Source: Bacteroidia bacterium
GTDB taxonomy: Bacteria > Bacteroidota > Bacteroidia > B-17B0 > Aurantibacillaceae
NCBI GenBank assembly: GCA_035405785.1
Contig: DAONJS010000007.1
Location: forward strand, 49,620-113,619
Direction of reading: 5' to 3'
Length of the DNA stretch: 64,000 nucleotides
Within the stretch, counting starts at the first letter, position 1. Every line of letters starts with the position of its first letter. A program made the translations under genes and the position numbers. Shown here in pieces: positions 1 through 8,860 of this stretch. The notes below the pieces were generated by a model. It did no database searches. It was not told where the DNA came from and saw nothing but the letters and a program-made list of their open reading frames with translations.

Positions 1-2346
1 GAGTTCCTGAATTTTTGTAGTATTAACACCTTTATTTTGAAAGATATTTTGTTTTTCTGCAATGAGTTGTTGTTCTTTTTCTTTAAGTTCCTGAATGGTA
101 TTTTTTCTTTGGACTTCTAATTCTTCAATTTCTTTTTGTTGTTGCTGTTTAAGGTGTTGAATTTGTTGTTGAGATTTTGCAATAGCATTTTGAATTTGAG
201 TTTCAAATTCTGTTTCAGTGATTTTTCTTCTTTTTTTGAGGATAGCAATTTCTTCTTCAATCATTGCAATTTTTTCACGAATAGATTGAAGCGAAGCATC
301 TGTTTCTTTGGCGGCTTTTGTTTTTAGTTCTTCTAATTCAATGATGAGTTTGCGTGCTTTTTGTTCTGCGAGTTCTATGGCATATTGAGTAACTTTGCTA
401 TCTTCTTTGAGTTCTGCAATTTGTTTTCCGTATTTATCAGCGTTTAATAATTTTTCATTTTGTAAATTTTGTTGTTCTTGAATATATTGATTTTCAAGTT
501 CTTTGATAGCATTTAATTTTTGAATTTTTTCAGTTTGATATTGTTCAATGGATTTTGATACGATGGATAATTTATCCAAATCAATTTTAACGCCAAAAAT
601 AGTTTCATCAGAAGGATTGATGAGTTGTGGGTTAAGTTCATTTTTGAATAAAATATCTTCATTTAGAATTTTACCAAAAGTAAGATGCCAGTTAGGAACA
701 TTTTTTTCTAAAAATCCGTAGAAAGCATTTTCCTGTAAGTTGAGTTTTTCATCAATTTGAGCAATTTCTTTTTTTAGTTGTTCAATTTTTTGCTGGATGT
801 TTTGTGCAATTTGTTCAAATTTTTGCTGAAGTTGTTTTTCGTAGTTTTGCCATTCTTTTTGGAGTGAATCTATTTGATTTTGACGAATAGCCAATTCACT
901 TTTACCTGTATAAATTTTAGTTTTAAGTTCGGTAATTTCTAATTCTAATTGTTTAATTTCTTTTTCATAAGGTTGAATAGCGGCAGAAATTTTTTCTTCA
1001 GATTTTAATTGTCCGAGTTCAATTTGTTTTTGGTTTAATTCATTATCTATAGATGATATGGCGGCTTGAAGTTGCTGTTGAAGTGAATTTTCTCGTTTTG
1101 TTTGTTCTTCTTTTTGTAATAAAATTAATTCGTTGTAATGATTGACTATTTCGGTGATTTGTGCATTGATTTTATTATTGACAGTTTGAATTTCATTTGT
1201 AATGTTATTGAGTAAAGATTGATATTGAATTTCAACATTTTGAACATCGGCAGTAAGTGTATTGTATTCTTTTTGTAAAATTTGCAAGCGAGATTCTAAC
1301 TGATTTTTTTCCTGATGTTTTTGCAGGATTTCATCAATGTTTTTTTCTTTGTAAGATTCAAGTTTGCGTTGTGCTTCTCTAATCATTCCATCATAAAAAC
1401 CAATCTGTTCGCGAATATCTTTTTGTTTTTCTTCTAATGCATATTTGAGTGCATCATAATTTTCTTTGAGTTGTTGAAGTTTTTGGTCTTTTTCTTGAAT
1501 AGAAGATAGAATGATGTTGTGTTGAGTATCGGCATATTTAAGCGTAGAACCTAATTTTTCTGCGGCTTCGTATTGTGCGTTTTTGAGGACTTGAACTTGG
1601 TCGTATTTTTGTTCAATCAATTCAATCAGTTGTTGAGTTTCTTTTTTTAGAAAAGTATTAATATCATTATATTTTTCAGAAAACTGACGAACTTGTCTTT
1701 CAATATTTTCAAGGACAATAACATCTGTTTCGTTTGAAATGGCACTTGCTATAAAATCTTTGATAAAGCGAGAATCAATGCTATTTTTGGAACTTAAAAA
1801 AACATTTGTGATAGATTTAGGGATATTTTGATATTTTTCATTTCCGCGTAGTAAAAAGAATCTATTGAGTTTTGGGTCAGTTTCTGTGCCGTATAGGATA
1901 TTTCTGTATCTTTCAAAGGTATCAATTTGATTACTGTAAAAAATACCTTTTTGATCAAGTTTAGCAAGAACTTCTCTGAATTTAATTGCTTCATTATTTT
2001 CATTAAAGAAAAATTCTGGATTATATTCACTGTCTACAAATCTGAATACAAGTTTATTGTGGCGATATACCATTACAAAAAATGGTGTTGTTTCGGTGGC
2101 AACTTCATAAATAAGATACGAATTGTCGTAGCGGAAATAGTGTTCTTCAAAAGGTTTTTGAGAAGAACTAATACCAAGAGCACGGGAGTTAGCATTGTAA
2201 AAAAACAGAATGGCTCTTTGAAGGGATGTTTTACCATAATTGTTTGCTCCTACAAAGCAAGTATTTCCATTGAGTTCAATGTCGGCATATTTTACATTAG
2301 CGATATTAATTTCCACAATTCTGTTAAGTATTCTGTAATTGCTCAT
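1..2346 (-). CDS. Coiled-coil ABC/SMC-fold ATPase, JetC/MksB-like; N-terminal 782 codons only, gene runs off the left edge (not in the ORF track)
   Basis: Own translation from ATG at 2346: MSNYRILNRIVEINIANVKYADIELNGNTCFVGANNYGKTSLQRAI... P-loop GANNYGKTS at 2224-2250. Q/E/K/L/I-rich heptad coiled coil from about residue 200, non-coiled break at residues ~538-600 (nt 547-735), then coiled coil to nt 1. No stop in this frame. Confidence 0.6.
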   Translation of the reverse strand, partial: MSNYRILNRIVEINIANVKYADIELNGNTCFVGANNYGKTSLQRAILFFYNANSRALGISSSQKPFEEHYFRYDNSYLIYEVATETTPFFVMVYRHNKLVFRFVDSEYNPEFFFNENNEAIKFREVLAKLDQKGIFYSNQIDTFERYRNILYGTETDPKLNRFFLLRGNEKYQNIPKSITNVFLSSKNSIDSRFIKDFIASAISNETDVIVLENIERQVRQFSEKYNDINTFLKKETQQLIELIEQKYDQVQVLKNAQYEAAEKLGSTLKYADTQHNIILSSIQEKDQKLQQLKENYDALKYALEEKQKDIREQIGFYDGMIREAQRKLESYKEKNIDEILQKHQEKNQLESRLQILQKEYNTLTADVQNVEIQYQSLLNNITNEIQTVNNKINAQITEIVNHYNELILLQKEEQTKRENSLQQQLQAAISSIDNELNQKQIELGQLKSEEKISAAIQPYEKEIKQLELEITELKTKIYTGKSELAIRQNQIDSLQKEWQNYEKQLQQKFEQIAQNIQQKIEQLKKEIAQIDEKLNLQENAFYGFLEKNVPNWHLTFGKILNEDILFKNELNPQLINPSDETIFGVKIDLDKLSIVSKSIEQYQTEKIQKLNAIKELENQYIQEQQNLQNEKLLNADKYGKQIAELKEDSKVTQYAIELAEQKARKLIIELEELKTKAAKETDASLQSIREKIAMIEEEIAILKKRRKITETEFETQIQNAIAKSQQQIQHLKQQQQKEIEELEVQRKNTIQELKEKEQQLIAEKQNIFQNKGVNTTKIQEL

Positions 2347-2367
2347 ATTTTTTTAATTTAAAATTGA

Positions 2368-2997
2368 TTAGTTGGGATTTATATTGATGTCAATATCAGG
2401 TTGATTATTTAGTGAATGTTCTGGATTTGGTGCTTGTCCAAAAATAGTAATAGCATTGATGACTTCTAATAAATAAGCATAAGCATCAAGGACTTTGTAT
2501 GTTTCTGTATTTTCATCTTCCAGTTCAAGATAAGAATCGCGGGCAAGCATATCGCATATTTCACGGATTTTATTGAGAAAATTTTCAGAACGGTAAAGAG
2601 GAATTTTTGCTAATTTTTGTTTGAGGCGAACATTAGCATTACATTCTTCTGCTATTTCAGATGGACGAAAGCGAGAGCCAATGGTAATCTTGTTATCTAA
2701 ACTTCCAAATAAATCAATGATGTCAATATATTTTTCAAATGTTTCTAATTTTTTTTCTGTGATGCTTGGTGGTTCATTGACTTTAGAAAAGTAGAAATAA
2801 TTATTCCCGCGTTCAATTCTGTATCTTAATACTGAAAAATATGCTTGCAGTTTTTCAAAGTTTTGAGGGTCATTGAGAATATCATACAATCTGCCCATCC
2901 CATCTTTTGTTCCGTTACTTGAAATAAAGTGACCACGAGCAAGAATGTTGAATATCTCGTGTGTTTGTCTTGGAAGTTCTAAATCTTCTATATTCAT
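2368..2997 (-). CDS. Small acidic protein, candidate JetB/MksE-like (KITE) subunit; otherwise hypothetical
   Basis: 209-aa ORF lying 21 nt upstream of the ATPase gene on the same strand. Size and position match the middle gene of MukF-E-B / JetA-B-C operons. No motif recognised directly. Confidence 0.4.
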   Translation of the reverse strand: MNIEDLELPRQTHEIFNILARGHFISSNGTKDGMGRLYDILNDPQNFEKLQAYFSVLRYRIERGNNYFYFSKVNEPPSITEKKLETFEKYIDIIDLFGSLDNKITIGSRFRPSEIAEECNANVRLKQKLAKIPLYRSENFLNKIREICDMLARDSYLELEDENTETYKVLDAYAYLLEVINAITIFGQAPNPEHSLNNQPDIDININPN

Positions 2998-3027
2998 AGA
3001 TTATATAGTTTTGAGTTTTTTATTGAT

Positions 3028-3197
3028 AGGGACGTATTGCCATACGCCCTTACTGTATTTATTTTGTCCAGAACCTCATCCCCCAGCCCCTTCTCCTCGC
3101 AAGGAGAAGGGGTGTAAATAAATTAAAAATGAATTGCCATTATTTTTTTGTTCAGTTCCATCCTCCTATCCTTGCAAGGAGAGGGAAGGGTGAGGTT
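3028..3197. repeat. GC-rich nested palindromes (REP/MITE-like insert) inside the three-gene module
   Basis: Hairpin agggacgtat-tgcc-atacgccct at 3028-3050. Perfect 11-bp stem ccccttctcct/aggagaagggg with cgca loop at 3087-3112. Inverted ends aacctcatccc (3072) and gggtgaggtt (3197). Strong GC contrast with the flanking DNA. Confidence 0.7.
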
Positions 3198-3247
3198 GTT
3201 ATTTTAAATTATCGCTATACGCTTTTACATTGTATTAAGTAATTAAT

Positions 3248-4486
3248 TTATGTTGTAATGTTTATATTTTGTTTTTTAGATATTTTTTGTGGGAGCACAA
3301 TGGTGTATCCAATTTTTCTTGTTTTTTGATTTTCATCAGTTAATGTGATGTAATTTATTTTGTAGGAAAAGTTAAGTTGTTTTTCATATTGAACTAAAAT
3401 TTCTACAAAGAGAGAAAGTTTTTGTTCTAATGTAAGTTCTCCAATTTCTTTTGGGAATTTGAAATTCAGAATAAATTGAAATAAATCTTTATCGGATTGT
3501 TTTGAAAATTTTTCTACTAATTTTTCAGTGTCTAATAAAATCTGATGGTCTAAAATTTTTTCGTTAATGTCAAAAGAAAGTTGTCCAGCAGAAGTTCTAA
3601 AACGAAGTTGCGATACTTTATATTTTTCAGCAATTTTCTGACAGAGTTGTTGTCCAATATCATTATAAAGTGTGTCAATGGCAATTTTTGTGCGAGGTGC
3701 TTTGTGTCCATTGTAACGAATGGGGTTGAGGTTTTCAACAACTTCTTTAAAGTTTGTAGAAAAATGAAGAAGACCTTGGTCTTTGAGTTCTTTAAGTTGT
3801 TGTGCTTTTTGATAGATATTGAGTTGATATTGAATTTTATTGATGTAATCAGTAATGTCTGTTTGAATTTCAATAAGGTAATCTAAATTTTCAAGTAAGG
3901 TTTGTTTGAGAGTATTGATAATTTGATAAAGTTGAGCATCACTACAAGATGATAATGTGTTTTGATTTTCTGAAAGTGTATTTTGCAGAGAATAGATGTT
4001 GTTAATCAGAATATCTCTTTTTTCTCTATATTCTTCTAAACGACGGAGTTTAATGCGATAGTTACTTTCGTTTTTGTAAGTATCATCAATGGTTTTTTGT
4101 AATTTAATAATTTCACGGGTAATGGCTTTATCTAATCTTCTTAGATATTTTTTAAGAGGGCTAATGAAGCGATAATGTTGTGTTTCCTGATAAAATGAAA
4201 TGTATCTTTTAACTTCGGCAACATACTCAGAGATTATACCAGGAGTAGATTCGCCTATTTGCAATACATCTTCAAGCATATTGATAACAGAGTCATTAAG
4301 AACAACGGTATTTTCGTATTCGTAGATTATTTCCATTGATTTCATTCGGTGATACATTTCTTCAGAAAGATTGGTTTCACTTTTCAACTGGCTAATACTA
4401 ATATTGTCTTTTTTGGCAAAAAGATATTCTATGGCTTCGCGGGAATAATATAAAGTGGATATAATATCGTTAATGCTTATTTGCAT
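3248..4486 (-). CDS. Coiled-coil protein, candidate JetA/MksF-like kleisin subunit; otherwise hypothetical
   Basis: 412-aa ORF, first gene of the minus-strand trio. Globular ends around a central heptad-rich segment (...RRLEEYREKRDILINNIYSLQNTLSENQ...). Assigned by size, order and architecture only. Confidence 0.4.
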   Translation of the reverse strand: MQISINDIISTLYYSREAIEYLFAKKDNISISQLKSETNLSEEMYHRMKSMEIIYEYENTVVLNDSVINMLEDVLQIGESTPGIISEYVAEVKRYISFYQETQHYRFISPLKKYLRRLDKAITREIIKLQKTIDDTYKNESNYRIKLRRLEEYREKRDILINNIYSLQNTLSENQNTLSSCSDAQLYQIINTLKQTLLENLDYLIEIQTDITDYINKIQYQLNIYQKAQQLKELKDQGLLHFSTNFKEVVENLNPIRYNGHKAPRTKIAIDTLYNDIGQQLCQKIAEKYKVSQLRFRTSAGQLSFDINEKILDHQILLDTEKLVEKFSKQSDKDLFQFILNFKFPKEIGELTLEQKLSLFVEILVQYEKQLNFSYKINYITLTDENQKTRKIGYTIVLPQKISKKQNINITT

Positions 4487-4630
4487 AAGAAATGTTTGAT
4501 TATTTTTTCGGTTGTAAAATTAGGAATAAACTAATGGAATAGAGGAAGGATAATATCCACAAAATAAAATAATAATCAACAATTGAAGCGTAAGAAGTTG
4601 ATTATTAGAGGTTTTTAAAAATTTAAATAT

Positions 4631-4749
4631 CAATGCTCAATGTTCAATGCTCAATAATCAATGCTCAATGCTCAATGTTCAATTTTCAATGCTCAATGTT
4701 CAATTTTCAATGCTCAATGTTCAATTTTCAATGCTCAATGTTCAATTTT
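4631..4749. repeat. 17-unit degenerate heptanucleotide tandem array (CAATNNT) with a 21-bp super-repeat
   Basis: Reads in perfect 7-bp register: caatgct caatgtt caatgct caataat ... The trimer caatgct-caatgtt-caatttt occurs 4 times in tandem (4666-4749). Confidence 0.95.
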
Positions 4750-4785
4750 TAGTAATTGATACAACTAAAAACTTAAAATTAAAAA

Positions 4786-4877
4786 CTATTCACTTTTCAC
4801 AAACGACATAAATGTCGTTTCTATTCACTATTCGCTCTTCACTTTTCATTTTTCACTCTTCATTTTTCACTCTTCAC
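4786..4877. repeat. Heptanucleotide array (YTNTTCA / TTCACTA family) split by a 20-bp palindrome
   Basis: ctattca cttttca c, then palindrome aaacgacata/aatgtcgttt (4801-4820), then ctattca ctattcg ctcttca cttttca tttttca ctcttca tttttca ctcttca. Confidence 0.9.
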
Positions 4878-4942
4878 TAATATAATCCCTTTGCTAAAAA
4901 CAAAATAACTTCACATCTTTGCCAAAAAATTAAAATCATCCT

Positions 4943-5989
4943 ATGGCCAGTATGTTTAAAAATCCAAATCCAACGCCGCTTTCAGAAATAGGTGAGTTTG
5001 GTTTAATTGAACACATTCAAAAAAATGTCAAACATTTTCATCCTCAAACAATAAAAGGCATTGGAGATGATGCTGCAGTTATTGAAAAAGATGATAAAAA
5101 TTACACACTATTAAGCACCGATATTCTTATTCACGGTATTCATTTTGATTTAACTTACACACCACTGAAACATCTTGGCTATAAATCTGTGATTGTTAAT
5201 TTAAGTGATATTTATGCAATGAATGGTTTTCCAAAACAAATTTTAGTAAGCATTGCTGTATCTAATAGATTTTCATTAGAAGATATTGAAGAAATATATA
5301 ACGGTATTTTATTGGCTTGCAATACTTACAAAGTTGACCTTGTAGGTGGTGATACTTCTGCTATTCATCAAGGATTGGTAATAAGTGTAACTGCTATTGG
5401 TGAAGTAGAAAAAGAAAAGATTGTTTATAGAAACGGTGCAAAAGAAAAAGATTTGATTGTTGTTACGGGAGATTTAGGTGGTGCTTTTATGGGACTAAAA
5501 GTTTTAGAAAGAGAAAAAAGTGTATTTCTTGAACATCCAACTGTTCAGCCCGATTTAGAAGGTAACGATTACATTTTAGAGAGACAATTAAAGCCCGAAG
5601 CAAGAAAAGATGTGATTGAAGAATTAAGACAACTCAATATTCAACCAACTTCAATGATTGATATAAGCGATGGTTTAGCATCTGAAATTATTCACATTTG
5701 CAAACAATCTGATAAGGGTTGTGAAATATATGAAGATAAAATTCCTATTGATCCAATGACTTATCAACGAGCCCTTGATTTTAATTTAGACCCCACTACT
5801 TGTGCAATGAATGGCGGTGAGGACTATGAATTGCTTTTTACAATTCCATTAAGTGATTATGACAATATTAAAAATCTTCCAAACTATACAATAATTGGAC
5901 ATATTACAGAACCATCAAAAAAATATAATCTAATTTCTAAATCTGGAACTGTTCATCCTATCACTGCACAAGGTTGGAAACACTTTTAA
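4943..5989 (+). CDS. thiL: Thiamine-monophosphate kinase
   Basis: AIR-synthase-like fold motifs: GEFGLIEHI, GIGDDAAVI, LVGGDTS, GGEDYELLFT. Confidence 0.85.
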   Translation: MASMFKNPNPTPLSEIGEFGLIEHIQKNVKHFHPQTIKGIGDDAAVIEKDDKNYTLLSTDILIHGIHFDLTYTPLKHLGYKSVIVNLSDIYAMNGFPKQILVSIAVSNRFSLEDIEEIYNGILLACNTYKVDLVGGDTSAIHQGLVISVTAIGEVEKEKIVYRNGAKEKDLIVVTGDLGGAFMGLKVLEREKSVFLEHPTVQPDLEGNDYILERQLKPEARKDVIEELRQLNIQPTSMIDISDGLASEIIHICKQSDKGCEIYEDKIPIDPMTYQRALDFNLDPTTCAMNGGEDYELLFTIPLSDYDNIKNLPNYTIIGHITEPSKKYNLISKSGTVHPITAQGWKHF

Positions 5990-5991
5990 TT

Positions 5992-7410
5992 ATGCACCTC
6001 AAAGAAAAACTTTCAAAAGGACAAATTTTAGAAAATGTCAAATTTATTGATATTTCTGCAGAAGGTTTGGGCATTGGAAGAACCTCTGATAATATTGTTG
6101 TTTTTGCTGAAAAATTAGTGCCTGGTGATATAGCTAATGTCAAAATTATTAAAATTAAAGGAAGTTATATACTTGCACAACCAGTTGAAATTATTCAACC
6201 CTCTGAACACAGAACGCAATCATTTTGTAAACATTTTGGATATTGTGGTGGATGTAAATGGCAACATTTAGATTACAATGCACAACTTCTATTTAAGAAA
6301 AAATTTATTTCAGACGCCCTAACAAGAATTGGAAATTTAGAATTTTCTACTATTAATGAACCTCTGCCAAGCCCACAAACCAAGCATTATAGAAACAAAT
6401 TAGAATTTACTTTTTCTACTAAACGATGGATTGAACCTGAATTTTTTTCAAAAGAAAATTCTCAACAATTACCTGCTCTGGGTTTTCATATTTCTAATGC
6501 TTATGACAAAGTTATTGATATACAAGAATGTTTTTTACAACACAATAATTCCAATCTGATTAGAAATTTTATTCGTGAATATGCATTGAAAAATAATATA
6601 CCATTTTTTGATATAAAAAATCATACAGGATTATTAAGAACACTCATTATTCGCAATACAACATTAAATCAATGGATGGTTATTTTAGGTGTATATGAAT
6701 TAAATGAATCACTTATATTTCCATTGTTAGATGCTGTGTATCAAAATTTTCCATTTATTACTTCTTTGCAGTATGCACATTTACCAATGGCTAATGATAG
6801 TTTATTAAATGCAAAATTATATTTATACAAAGGTGAAAATTATATTGTTGAACAACTGGGTCATTTGAAATTTAAAATCAGTGCAACATCTTTTTTTCAA
6901 ACCAATTCACTACAAGCACATAGAATGTACGATGCTATTCAGCAATATGCTCAATTATCAGGAAATGAAATTGTTTATGATTTGTATTGTGGCACTGGAA
7001 CAATTAGTTTGTATGTAGCCCATCAATCTAAAAAAGTGGTTGGTATTGATTATGTAAAAGATGCAATTGAAGATGCAAAAGACAATGCAAAATTTAATGG
7101 CATTGACAACACAGAGTTTTTTGCAGGTGATATTAAAAATGTGCTTACAAAAGAGTTTATTAATATAAATGGAAAGCCCGATGTGATTATCACAGACCCA
7201 CCTCGTGCAGGAATGCATAAAGATGTTATTCAGCAAATTCGGGAAATTTTACCGAAAAGAATTGTATATGTAAGTTGCAGTCCGCCTTCGCAGGCAAGGG
7301 ATTTAACTTATTTATCAGATTTATATACAATTACAAATATTCAGCCGGTAGATATGTTTCCACACACTACACACGCAGAAAATATAGTGATTTTAGAAAG
7401 AAAAGCATAA
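5992..7410 (+). CDS. rlmD: 23S rRNA (uracil-C5)-methyltransferase RlmD/RumA family
   Basis: TRAM-like N-terminus, Fe-S cysteines CKHFGYCGGCKWQH, SAM site DLYCGTGTISL, DPPRAGM, catalytic YVSCSP. ATG at 5992 preferred over the TTG at 5974 that overlaps thiL. Confidence 0.85.
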   Translation: MHLKEKLSKGQILENVKFIDISAEGLGIGRTSDNIVVFAEKLVPGDIANVKIIKIKGSYILAQPVEIIQPSEHRTQSFCKHFGYCGGCKWQHLDYNAQLLFKKKFISDALTRIGNLEFSTINEPLPSPQTKHYRNKLEFTFSTKRWIEPEFFSKENSQQLPALGFHISNAYDKVIDIQECFLQHNNSNLIRNFIREYALKNNIPFFDIKNHTGLLRTLIIRNTTLNQWMVILGVYELNESLIFPLLDAVYQNFPFITSLQYAHLPMANDSLLNAKLYLYKGENYIVEQLGHLKFKISATSFFQTNSLQAHRMYDAIQQYAQLSGNEIVYDLYCGTGTISLYVAHQSKKVVGIDYVKDAIEDAKDNAKFNGIDNTEFFAGDIKNVLTKEFININGKPDVIITDPPRAGMHKDVIQQIREILPKRIVYVSCSPPSQARDLTYLSDLYTITNIQPVDMFPHTTHAENIVILERKA

Positions 7411-7503
7411 GTGTAAAATTGTTTTTCAAAAGTAGAGATTTATTTTTTTACACTCTTTAATAAACTTAGAAAGTAAAAATTTGTATTTTTAAAAAGATAA
7501 TCA

Positions 7504-8754
7504 TTAAACCTTGCTTAAATCTAATTTCATTAACTCTTTATTTGAACGAAATATCAAATAAACAATCAAAATAGTCATACTTCCGCCAAATATTATAGAA
7601 GCCGTTAAGCCCATTAACCTTGCAGCTAAACCAGATTCAAATGCTCCTATTTCATTACTTGAACCTATAAAAATGCCGTTGATGGCTGTTACTCTGCCAC
7701 GCAAATGATCTGGGGTGTATAACTGCAAAATACTATGTCTTATTACTACACTCACACTATCAAACACTCCTGTTAAAAATAACATCCAGAATGCTATCCA
7801 ATAATTTCTTGAAATTCCAAACAATATCGTAAATACACCAAATAATGCTACGGAATACATTAATACTTTGCCCGCATTTTTTGTTGGTAAATAAAAAGAT
7901 AACAATAATGACATTACCAGTGCTCCAATAGCAGGCGATGTTCTTAGTAATCCATAATATTCTGGTCCTAAATGTAAAATTTTATCTGTAAATGCAGGTA
8001 TAATAGCACTTACGCCGCCAAACAATACAGCAAATAAATCTAATGTAATAGCACCAAATAAAATTTTTGATTGTTTGACAAATGTAATGCCTTCTTTAAT
8101 GCTCTCTAATAAATTATTAGATGATGTGTTTTGTTGTTCAATTTTTTTTCCTTTGTGTTTAATTATCAATAAGCACATAATGCTTGCTGAATATAAAAAA
8201 GCCACAGTAATATAATTCAATAATGCACCATTTGTTTTCCATGAATAAATAAATCCTGAAAAGACGGGTCCTAAAATAGCACCCAAATGCCACGCTCCAC
8301 TATTCAATGACGCAGAATAAGTATATAACTCTCGCGGTAAAATTTCTGTCAAAAAAGGTTGCATTGCTGCCGCCATAAACGCTCTATTAATTCCAAATAT
8401 CACTACAACAAAATACAATACCCACATTGGTTTGTTGTGAAAAAATAAAAAAGTTTTTTCTGTAAACAGCACTAAAAATAAGGCAGTTATCAAAAGTGTA
8501 ATGGCACCTAAATAAATGATTAACTTTCTATTCACTTTATCGGCTAAATAACCAGAATAAAATGAAACTAAAATAAATGGAATGGCTTCTGCTAATCCTA
8601 TTAAACCTAACATCAATTCGTCTTTTGTATACTCATAATAAATTTGCAAACTAATAGTACTCATTTGCATTTGAATACCTAATGTCAAAAATAATCTCAA
8701 TAAAACAAAACTCACAAAATCCTTATTGCTCAATAATCTTCTAATGGGTGTCAT
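7504..8754 (-). CDS. MFS transporter
   Basis: 416 aa with about 12 hydrophobic spans. MFS loop motif GYLADKVNRKLII between TM2 and TM3. Confidence 0.8.
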   Translation of the reverse strand: MTPIRRLLSNKDFVSFVLLRLFLTLGIQMQMSTISLQIYYEYTKDELMLGLIGLAEAIPFILVSFYSGYLADKVNRKLIIYLGAITLLITALFLVLFTEKTFLFFHNKPMWVLYFVVVIFGINRAFMAAAMQPFLTEILPRELYTYSASLNSGAWHLGAILGPVFSGFIYSWKTNGALLNYITVAFLYSASIMCLLIIKHKGKKIEQQNTSSNNLLESIKEGITFVKQSKILFGAITLDLFAVLFGGVSAIIPAFTDKILHLGPEYYGLLRTSPAIGALVMSLLLSFYLPTKNAGKVLMYSVALFGVFTILFGISRNYWIAFWMLFLTGVFDSVSVVIRHSILQLYTPDHLRGRVTAINGIFIGSSNEIGAFESGLAARLMGLTASIIFGGSMTILIVYLIFRSNKELMKLDLSKV

Positions 8755-8860
8755 ATTCTATAAAAAATTCGCTTCAAATGTGAGAAAAAAATAATTATCG
8801 TTTATTTATACCTACAAATAAAGATTTAATTTACTACTTTTGCCCATTATATTTTTTGTG

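Noticed and set aside
136-2361. ORF-track entries 136-327(+), 1794-2030(-) and 1927-2361(+), considered as real genes
   Set aside because: All lie inside the 782-codon minus-strand ATPase reading frame (1-2346). Their translations are low-complexity F/L/K/N strings, as expected for alternative frames of an AT-rich coiled-coil gene.
3028-3197. GC-rich structured island considered as a tRNA or other classical RNA gene
   Set aside because: It has no cloverleaf arrangement and no GGTTCGA-type T-loop or anticodon-arm geometry. The structure is two inverted copies of a palindromic word, which fits a REP/MITE-like element better. A novel small RNA cannot be excluded.
3550-3886. ORFs 3550-3873(-) and 3581-3886(+)
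   Set aside because: Both are embedded in the 412-aa gene in other frames. They have no motifs and shadow-frame composition.
4631-4877. Tandem repeat region considered as a CRISPR array
   Set aside because: The units are 7 bp and contiguous, with no unique spacers, and no cas genes are in the window.
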